From Zygophlyctis sp. KS116 (taxonomy: Eukaryota; Fungi; Chytridiomycota): DNA of 18,258 bases. How positions within the stretch are numbered: the stretch's first letter is position 1; the number at the start of each line of letters is the position of its first letter. The translations under genes were made by a program, and so were the position numbers. This document shows positions 9,701-18,258 of this stretch, piece after piece. A model generated the notes under the pieces. The model saw nothing but the letters and a program-made list of their open reading frames with translations. It was not told the origin of the DNA and did not search any database. The stretch lies in contig BAAFSQ010000200.1 of assembly GCA_054661495.1 (NCBI GenBank), forward strand, positions 1 to 18,258. The letters are read 5' to 3'.

Positions 9701-10780
9701 CTCTGTCGTTGCCTTCCCGAATAAGTGGGAAGATTGAGACTTTATCTTATGCAGATATTGTCACTGTTACTTCAGAGCTTTTAAAGGTAAAAATATCTTC
9801 TTACTGATCAATAAGACCGATTTGGGAGATTTTGAAGCAAATCAAAAGATTTACTTGGAGGAAATATTTGAAATAGGGCGTAGATTTTCAAAAATCGGTA
9901 CCATTCCAGAGTACGATTGGATAAAAATCAAGGAGCTTGAATTTCAAGAGAAATTGAGAGAAAAGAGAATACTCTTAGAATCTCTTTCTAATTTCCAATG
10001 TTGCAAATGCCCTGATTTAAATATACATGTAAGCGCAAAATCTTTTAAATGCTAGTATGGAATGGTACACGAAGAACAATTGATTCATGATCAAATACTG
10101 GATCTAAAGCATAAACTGTCTGATCAGAATTTGGAACTTTTGCCTGATTATAATTTTAGAATTCAAATTCTGAAGCATTATAATTTCCTTAATGATCAGT
10201 CTATCGTTCAACTCAAAGGAAGAGTCGCATGTGAAGTAAGATAAAATTATATTTACACTAGATTAATACTGCTGATGAGCTCTTACTGACAGAATTAATA
10301 TTTGATAACTTTTTTTCCGAGTACGACGCAGCAGAAACTGTTGCTTTATTATCATGCCTTGTATTTCAAGAAAAATCTCAAAGCATTTGTCAATTAACTC
10401 CTCAACTTGAAAAAGTAAATTTTTATGTTAAATAATCACAGGGAGTTGAAGAAATTAAAAGTCTTTGCCTTGTACTTTCGGAACAGCAAAAACGCTATGG
10501 TCTTGATATATCACCTGAAGAATCTGTAAGTAATCTTCGATGCGGTCTTGTTGAAGTAGTATATGAATGGGCTCGTGGAGTATCTTTCAAGGACTTGACT
10601 AATTTAACTGATGTATTAGAAGGAACTATTGTCAGATGTATAGTTCGATTGGATGAAACATGTCGAGAAGTTCAAAGTGCAGCTAGATTGATTGGGGATC
10701 CTTCGTTGTTTAAGAAGATGGAACAAGCATCTCAACTCATTAAGCGTGATATTGTATTTGCTGCCAGTTTGTATTTTTAG
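6747..10780 (+). CDS. SKI2: Ski2 DExH-box RNA helicase (SKI complex, cytoplasmic exosome cofactor), about 1220-1235 aa
   Basis: 13 exons; introns 7071-7101, 7555-7579, 7806-7834, 8116-8139, 8518-8541, 8810-8835, 9099-9128, 9646-9676, 9787-9815, 10029-10055, 10236-10261 and 10415-10441 give one open frame. Contains the Ski2 N-terminal region (FLTP...[15 protein letters not shown]), [47 protein letters not shown] and a C-terminal [13 protein letters not shown]. The start is uncertain (6747, 6753 or 6795). Confidence 0.96.
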
Positions 10781-10814
10781 CTAAATCAGATAATGATTAT
10801 TTATTCGTTTTACT

Positions 10815-10845
10815 AAATCTGTTGCTAAAATCTATTGCTAAAATC
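10815..10845. repeat. 13-nt tandem repeat immediately upstream of DUF1003 gene A
   Basis: aaatctgttgcta aaatctattgcta aaatc. Confidence 0.75.
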
Positions 10846-10852
10846 AATCATC

Positions 10853-12688
10853 ATGAATATTCAAAGGAATTCGTAGGGTTTGTTATCAGTTGAAAAGAAT
10901 GCAACGAAAGGGACTGAGAAGAAGAAACACTGACATGGAATTTAATGAATTCGGACATTGTTTAATTTGCAAGAATGATTCTAGAAATAATCTTTTGATC
11001 CCATTAAAGACTTTGAAACTTCGACTTTTTCTTTATGTCCAAAAGGCCATTGAATCTAAACAATTGAATTCCGATGACCCGTTAGACAATAAAAGTATTT
11101 GTCAATTTCATTTGCAGCAGATTCTAGATAATCGCATTGATGATTTGCTCGAAGAAGATCTAGATCAATTGTATAAATTACAAGAAGAAGGAATAAAGGT
11201 TTTAGGACAATATGAAGTAGAAGAAGATCATTGGCTACAGGTATGTTTATTTTTCTTATACTCAGCGGTTCGAAAGAGAAGGTACAATAGGACAAAGAGC
11301 TGCAGATGCAGTTGCACGTGTGGGAGGAAGCTGGACATTCTTAATTACTCTTATATCGGGTCTTGTCTTTTGGATGATTTTAAATGGACTTATTTTAACA
11401 TCGCTCAATTCAACTCCTTTTGATACTTTTCCATTCATTTTGCTAAACTTGTTTTTAAGTTGTTTGGCGGCTCTTCAGGCTCCAATTATTATGATGTCAC
11501 AAAATAGACAAGATTCAAAGGATAGAGAAGTAAATGAATTTATATCAAAAATTATACTCAGAAATGAACATCAGACTAGGCATGTTAATGCAAAAATAGA
11601 TCATTTGTTGTCTTTTCAATGGAAGAGACTCTTGGAAATACAAGAAATTCAAACAGTACATTTACAAATTCAAAGACATCAAAAAAAGACATCTTCTAAA
11701 ACTAATTCCAAGTCTAAATCAAAAAGGAATTCAGAGTTTTTCACTGCTGAATTAATTCCAGATAATTTTACTCGTTTATTAATTAGACATGCACTTGAAG
11801 TAGATTCGGCTGAAGATACTTTAATATTTTCTCATTGGCATGAGGAAGGTGATAATTTCACGGGTCTAATTGATAATGTTTTGCCAAAATTTTCCAAATT
11901 AAAGCTAACTGCCTTGGATTTTGATATATTGTTCAATTATCATGCAGTGTCACTAGATGATATCATTTCTGGAGATAATAGGTTGGTTTTAAGAAATGAT
12001 TTTCATTTGCCACATATGAATTTGGCTGGTATTCTTTGATTTTTTAATTCGAAAGGTCAAATCTCAAAAATTCAGTTTTTTATGAAAAATCAAACAATTG
12101 CATACTTTGCTAGAGAGCTTCCACAAAGATATAAACCAGCTTATGATCTGTAAGAGATTTTTTATTCTGATTTGAAGAAAACGCCTCGATAGAATTTCTG
12201 ATTTCTGGAAGACTCCCCATAATCGAATCAAAATGACTTATGAAACACCTCATCAATATGCAGTTCTACATTTAGCAAAAGGAGAGTATCTAAAAAATGC
12301 TTCGTGTACATTTTTCTATTCTAGCCACGAAACTAGTAAAGCTTTTCTTTATGCAAAAAGTCTTTCTTACATGGGTGAAAACGAAGAATTTAATGAAACT
12401 ATGGTGGAATTGCTTCTGAAAGCTCTTATAGAGCCTCTAACAGAGGCTGATAATTCTTGGAAACAGATTGCCGAATCTAATTTTTTGAACACTCAAGATG
12501 AATCGGGTTCTAGTATTGTAGCTCTTGACGAACTTTCAGGACCAGCGACATATATATTTGTAACCCAGCAAGTAAGATTATCGATCCATGGAGTTATTGG
12601 TATAAGGATTTCGGACGATTCAGAAAATATTTTAGATGATTCAGAAAATATTTTCGATGGTCAAATGCTAGAAGATGTAAAAGAATAA
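10853..12688 (+). CDS. DUF1003-domain membrane protein A with an N-terminal CxxC region and a long unknown C-terminal domain, about 576 aa
   Basis: Exons 10853-10872, 10898-11240, 11266-12028, 12056-12149 and 12178-12688 (introns of 25, 25, 27 and 28 nt). DUF1003 signature GQRAADAVARVGGSWTF...PFDTFPFILLNLFLSCLAALQAPIIMMSQNRQDSKDR...KIDHLLSFQWKRLLEIQ. The first micro-exon is less certain; an alternative ATG is at 10899. Confidence 0.88.
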
Positions 12689-12689
12689 T

Positions 12690-13271
12690 CTATCTATAAT
12701 AATCAGCTTCGCAAAAGGGGCATATGAAGATAGATGACTGATCTTCCAATTGATTCAGCAATTTTTCAAGTTTCCAAATTCTCTTTTTTCTCTTCTTGAA
12801 GTTATATTTTGGCGGGTGAATTTCTAGTTGTGGGCAGCTATTCCACAATAAAAATAATGGAGTGGGACTTTGATTAATTTCTTTTATAAACAGTTCTATT
12901 GGGAGTGGGATATATGAGCTTGAAGAGTATATTTTACTGATATGTTGAGCTGATTTAGAGCGCTTTATGTCGTTTCCTACGAAGCTCGATCCAAAGTTGT
13001 CCGATAATCCGGAATTCTTGAGATCAGTAGTATCATGATTGCGAGGAAATGCTTTAGATTTTGAGATGATTGGAGAATGCAGTGGTTTAGAATGTATTTC
13101 CTAGAATTATATTTAGAATAATACATTATTTATGCTGAATGCGTGCCCATTTTCTTTGGATTGTAGGAAACTCTCTTCCAATTTACTAAAATCGATCTCA
13201 GTACTTTTTAATGAATCTTTGAGCTCCTTGATCTTTGATTTTCGTAGCTGATTGGAGTTGGAAAGACCCAT
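12690..13271 (-). CDS. Hypothetical 185-aa protein (N-terminal MGLSNS, basic KKRKKR patch, C-terminal CPFC)
   Basis: Exons 13271-13125 and 13100-12690 are joined by a 24-nt intron (GTATTA..CTAAAT..TAG, 13124-13101). The 411-nt second exon is stop-free in AT-rich DNA and is missing from the ORF track. No family recognised. Confidence 0.65.
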
Positions 13272-13324
13272 TAAAAAGCTTACGATTAAGTCGCGTGTGC
13301 GGAATTTATTGGATCTGATCAAAT

Positions 13325-15068
13325 CTATTTTCTTACTTCAAAAGAACAGGTAAAAGGCTGCTGACAATAGAAAATATGTATCACAGAGATATTATCATCG
13401 TGTAACAAGGTAGCTGGGGGGATTTGATGTACCTCGAGGCTGCTCCGTTTTTTCTTTGGATAAGTATCAAAATTGATGCTGAGCTTGTTCTTTTTCACAG
13501 ATTTCCATGGATCAACTGGTGGCATTGGTCCTAGTAAAGATTTTATAATCGCATTATACTGTTCTTCCAAAAAGCTCTCGCTTGAATCTTTTAAGTAGCA
13601 AGATTGATAATATAAATCTGAAGCCTTTGATGACAGTGAACTAAAATAAAGAGATAAATCCTCTAGTCTTTCATTGGGTTCTATAATAATAGCTGCAAAT
13701 TCCACAGATGGTGAATATGTAATGCGTAGAGCCATTAAAGGTTCCTTCCAAAAATCGGAAATTCTTTCTGTTCTAGATTCACTAAAAGACATATTGTATC
13801 GTTCAGGAAATTCACCATTTATATAAGAAAAGTTTTGAAGGATTGTCAAGCCTTGAATTTCCAGAATTCTTCCCGTCATTACCATATTTCTTAAATCAAA
13901 ATCATTTCTTAATGATATAGTGTGATCTCCAGAGAATACATCATCCAAGGTCGCATCATCAACATTAAATTTCAAATCAAATGTTAAAGATTCGAGGTTA
14001 ATTCCATTTCTATTTAGTTTAATGTTATGAATATTTCCAGAAAAATTAGAGTTGTCGCTATGCCATCTTGTAAACAGTAAGTTGTCGCTCTTTAAAGGCA
14101 TCTTAAAGTAAATTCGAAATATATATTCCAAAAATGGATCAGCAACACATTCAACAACAAAACGACTCCCTTTTAAATCCAATGATTCCTGAATCTCTGA
14201 TCCAATTGTAGATGATAATTGAATAACTTGAAACATAAACATTTGAAGTTCCTGAATTTCCAAAAGCCTTTTCCATTGCAATGAAATCAAATGATCAATT
14301 TTTGTATTAATGTGCCGAGACTGAACTTCCCCTCTTAAAATAATCTTTGATATATAATTACTTTCCTCTCTATCTCTTGCATCTTGCCGATTCTGAGTCA
14401 TCATAATAAATGGAGCCTGAAATGTTTGAATCATTGATAGAATAAAAGTAAGAAAAATATATGGATATGGATCCCAAGCATTCATCGGTATAGCATCAAT
14501 TGAATCAATTGCACAATTAATACCTATCCAAGCGACTAGACAAATAGACAAAACTCCAATAAAATTCCAAGAGCCTCCCCATTTAGCCACCTTTTATAAA
14601 AATTAGCAATCTTACCATATCTGATGCTTTATCTCCAATACTAGTCTTTTCTTGCTGAAACTGATCTTGCCACTACATGTATAAGTATTTAATAAGAAAT
14701 CATACAGTTTCCTCTGTTGTTTCAAAAATGCCCATATTCTTCATCGCATCATCTTGTAGTTTATGATGCTGACTCATATCCTCCTCAACTAGCTCTGATA
14801 GCCGAGTCTGCACAATTCCTCGAAGATCACTTAGACAAACTATGGCATCTGATCGTGGCATATATTTGACTCTTGGATAAGATTTCTCAATGTATCTAAT
14901 CAGCTTTGGGAGCAGCTGATCCAAAGACATGTAACGATCTTTTGCAACTCTGCGACTACAGATACAGCATTGTTTAGCCATAATCCCCGATAGTTTTGTT
15001 TCCATTAGAGGCTGAGATGCCTTAATACTGTGTTCAATATCTAAATATTGATTGTTGTTTTCATGCAT
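13325..15068 (-). CDS. DUF1003-domain membrane protein B, paralog of gene A, about 561 aa
   Basis: Exons 15068-14706, 14672-14616 and 14590-13325 (introns of 33 and 25 nt). GDKASDMVAKWGGSWNF...WDPYPYIFLTFILSMIQTFQAPFIMMTQNRQDARDR...KIDHLISLQWKRLLEIQ. The C-terminal blocks align with gene A. Confidence 0.88.
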
Positions 15069-15319
15069 TTACAGGGAATTTGAAACAGTCTTCTAATGGA
15101 AAAGTAAAATTTGTGAAACGTTTCAGGAGCCATGCCTCTTTTTAAAATTATATATCATATATCATGCATGCAATGTCTAAACATTTAATCTATGAATGAC
15201 AAGATGTCTATGGATCAGAGCGAACCCCGCAATCTGACGATATTACACGTTAATCTCTAACATGCCTCTAATGTATTCTGGAATCAGGAAGTCAACTATA
15301 AATTTTATTCAACATATTA

Positions 15320-17325
15320 TTAAATTCCATACAGTTTTTTACGAGATGATGATTTTGCCAACTTTTTCTCTTTTTTCATGGCGGCTTCATACATCATTGC
15401 TTCAAAATGTTTTCTGCCAGATGACGCTGAACTGTTTTTTGATTCAGATGATGCAACATTTTGAGTGATCGGTTCTTGAGGGGCTTGTGATAGGATTTTA
15501 TTTGAAATACTAGCGGGTTCTTGAATAGGAATTGTTCCATTTTTAGTTATTATAGCAAGTTTAGCAATGAGACCAATCCTTTCTTCGCATTCTAGCCTTA
15601 CTGTATCCTTTAAAAATACAATTTCTGCATTTCTTTTCTCAATTATATTCTTCAAATCTGATATTTCTTCAAGACTTGGGGAAGGCCCATCTGCAGCAGG
15701 AGCTGCTTGATTCTTGATTATTTCAGCTTCTAAAGACCGTATTCTTGACTGATAATGTTCAAAATCTGCAGTATTAGAATCTTGAGCCTTCTTATTCTGT
15801 TCCACTAGAATATCACATTTCTTTTTCCAGTCGACTTCTTTATGAACTAATTGTTTCTTCAAGTCATCGTATTTTTTCTTGATTACTAAAGTTTGGTCTT
15901 TCAGGAACCTTTCTTTTTCATCAAATTCCTATACTAATTTAGAGACATAGAATACCTCTTGTAATTGAATAGTCCATTCCTTTATAGCTGCCTCTTTTTC
16001 CGCCAACATGATTCTTTTGATTTTATCATTTTCTTTTTCAACCTATTTATCAAAAAAATAGAACTTACTTGCTCTTTTCCAGCATCCTTTAATTTTTCCA
16101 GAAAATTATCTTGAAGTTGCTTTATTCTACTCTGATGAGCTTCTATAGTTTTTTCTCTTTCTAGTTGTAAAGCTTGCAACTCTTGTTTAAGAGACTTGAG
16201 ATTGCGTTCCAACTCATAAATCATTTCATCCTTCTTTGCCAGTCCCATTCCAGCCTGTGTGGCTAAAGACTGAACAGCATCAGACTTTTTCTTATAATCT
16301 TGAATTTCTTTTTCCAATTTTTTTATAAAAGTATCTTTTTCTCCAAGATTCTTGTCTTGATTTTCTAATTTCTGATTTTTTCCATCTATTTCTTCTTTAA
16401 ACCCCTTGATCTCCTCCTCTTTTTCTTGATATTTATAATCTAAATCCTTGACATGCTTTTCTAAATCCAAAATTCTAGAATTTAGTTTCATCTTTTCCGA
16501 GTTTAATTTATCAAATTCCAATTTTGCAGTAGCATTTTCTTTTAATAATTGATCTTGTAATTCATTTTTAATAATTAAATTAGATGATATTTCCTTTTCC
16601 AAATCTTGAATTGCAGACTTTAAATCTCTAATTTCTATTTTGTAAAGATTCAAACTTTTTCCAAATTTTTCTAGTAGATTTGCTTGAAATTGATTGACAG
16701 ATTTCTTATAGTCTTTAAAAATGTCTAAATTCTTTAAGATCTCTTTCCTTAGACAATTTGCAGAATCTCTCGAAAGATGAATTTCATTCTTTAAAAAAGC
16801 AGCAGAATCTTTAGTTTCTCCATTGTATTTTAGAGACTTTTTAACCATTTCAGTCAGTCTAGACCTTTCTTTTTCCAACTTGATAATCTTTTCAGAGTCG
16901 TTATAATTTTTCAGACTTGAGCATTCAACTTTTTCTTCCAACTCCTCAATCGTTTGAATAGAATCACATTGTAATTTTGAGAGTGATTCTATTCTAGAGA
17001 GGAGACCCGGTCTTTCCAAGACAATTTCCTTATTTTTATCAATTTCCAATCTTAACTCTCTGAGCTGATTCGACATTTTTTCATATTTTGTAAGTAACAA
17101 GTAAGAAATCCCACAATATTTACAAGCAGTTTCTTCCTGAGAAAGCTCCAAAATATCCAGTGGAAGTGGATTAGACTTTATAAAAAGAGGAGAATTTTCC
17201 ACATCTGTAAATGTATCATTTCCGATTGCTAATGAGACTTGTGTGACAGATTCTACAATTTCTGCGCCGATTTCTGCGCCGATTTCTCTTTGGCAAACTT
17301 TTAGGTTGCAGGTTGAGGGCTCCAT
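15320..17325 (-). CDS. LEKR1: LEKR1-like (leucine/glutamate/lysine-rich) long coiled-coil protein, about 650 aa
   Basis: Exons 17325-16069, 16042-15956 and 15928-15320 (introns of 26 and 27 nt). N-terminal PLPLDILELSQEETACKYCGISYL and C-terminal LKDTVRLECEER match the two conserved blocks I recall for LEKR1 proteins, with heptad-rich sequence between them. Confidence 0.75.
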
Positions 17326-17417
17326 TCTTTTTTAAATTCCGAGTTTAGAAGTTGATATCATTTTAATCGGACAAATTATTTTAATACTTCCAGTTGAAAG
17401 CTTTCTCGGATTTACAA

Positions 17418-18245
17418 ATGTCAATCTCTAATCAGACATACGGAATGTATCAGATATGGTTTCGTCTCTATAATTCTTATTCTGGTCTACCATACATGGG
17501 AACTAGTGTTACTTCCGTTTCTCTTCCTCCATCTGCTGTTATTGATCAGTTAAGAAAAGCTGTAAAAGCCGAGTACTCTGACAGTCATCTGAAAGGTGTC
17601 GCTCCTTCTGATCTCAAAGTTTTAAGGATTCGTTTGATTTGAAAAAAGATGAAATGGTTATCAGATTGAATTTTATGAACCATTGAAAGAAGATTCCCAT
17701 GTTAAAGGCCTCGGGAAGTCAATAGAGGATGCTCTGATTGTGGCTGTTCCTAGTCTGAAGGAACGGCATATTGATCGCCCCAATCCAGATGTAATCTTGA
17801 GAATACAGAAAAGCTTTAATAAAGAGTTAGCTAATGTACTGGGATCTGGAGAGGATACGGCATGTATAGAATTGTACAATACAGTCAAGCAATCACCAAC
17901 TTCTGTGACACGGGGTATAATCCAGAATGACATGAATATAATCATCAATGGTCCTTTATCTGCTCAAAATAGAAATATTCTGATCGCTATTGATTTTAAA
18001 TCTACAAGGGTGATATTGATCAAACTGCTTCGCTTGCCTGAATTTTATTCTTCTAAGGCGACAGGCCATGATCAGCTTATTGAGGCAATTAATACAGAGG
18101 TTCAAACTTGTCAGAAACTATCAGAACAGAACATTGTAGGATTGGTTGCTTGTACAGCTACATTAGTTGAGTGATTTTCAGAACTTCCAGTGGTACAATA
18201 CGCACAGGAGAATATATTGGCTGTCCATTATCATAGCCGGATATA
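17418..18245 (+). pseudogene. Crinkler (CRN)-like effector gene, N-terminal ubiquitin-like header plus start of a kinase-like domain, disrupted
   Basis: IWFRLYNSYSGLPYMGTSVTSVSLPPSAVIDQLRKAVKAEY..LKGVAPSDLKV ... EPLKEDSHVKGLGKSIEDALIVAVP resembles chytrid/oomycete CRN N-termini. The frame shifts and stops at about 17620-17652. The downstream ILIKLL...EVQTC resembles a kinase N-lobe but stops at 18172-18174 and again at about 18243-18245. Confidence 0.65.
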
Positions 18246-18258
18246 AAAGTTGGAGCTA

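Noticed and set aside
6723-10780. Many short consecutive ORFs suggesting a frameshifted pseudogene or an alternative genetic code
   Set aside because: Every break is resolved by a 24-31 nt GTA..AG intron, giving one continuous SKI2 frame in the standard code.
12205-12235. Apparent frameshift before ORF 12233 in DUF1003-A
   Set aside because: Careful reading gives FWKTPHNRIKMTY in one frame; there is no shift.
13315-13336. Intron joining DUF1003-B to the downstream orphan as one protein
   Set aside because: The GTAAGA..CAG splice (22 nt) leads to IQ-stop, and paralog A's homology ends at about the same point, so a separate gene is more likely.
15185-15245. Possible box C/D snoRNA (TGA-rich start, CTGA at about 15235); a similar ATGATGA..CTGA lies on (-) near 2690-2720
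   Set aside because: Imperfect box spacing, no terminal stem and no rRNA-complementary guide I could recognise.
17619-17664. 46-nt GT..AG intron that would restore the CRN frame
   Set aside because: The donor is GTT whereas all 30 other introns start GTA, the length is atypical, and it would remove sequence resembling the conserved F-x-K-R part of the header.
7598-17948. ORFs 7598-7786(-), 7812-8009(-), 8141-8335(+), 8705-8932(-), 11056-11295(-), 15262-15468(+) and 17673-17948(-)
   Set aside because: All overlap better-supported genes in antisense or alternative frames and show no motifs.

Overview
Gene-dense, AT-rich eukaryotic DNA, most likely from a zoosporic (chytrid-type) fungus. That assignment is inferred from a fungal-type ADP/ATP carrier, FlbC-like zinc fingers, a LEKR1-like gene and a Crinkler-like gene. 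The ORF track looks fragmented because the genes are split by very small spliceosomal introns: I could splice 30 by hand, 29 of them 24-33 nt plus one ambiguous (28 or 43 nt), all starting with GTA. Gene order: 5' end of a secreted protein (-), ADP/ATP carrier (+), inositol monophosphatase (+), RUS1/DUF647 protein (-), three tandem intronless C2H2 zinc-finger paralogs (+), SKI2 helicase (+), DUF1003 membrane protein A (+), an unannotated 185-aa orphan (-), DUF1003 membrane protein B (-), LEKR1-like coiled-coil protein (-), and a disrupted Crinkler-kinase gene (+). The best candidates for new biology are: (1) the convergent pair of bacterial-type DUF1003 proteins with a shared unknown C-terminal domain, flanking an orphan gene; (2) the miniature-intron splicing system, including a possible GT-TG intron; (3) the zinc-finger triplet with an unrecognised N-terminal LFVP[CS]CxNDL motif and signs of gene conversion. 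All family assignments come from motif recognition by eye; no searches were run.
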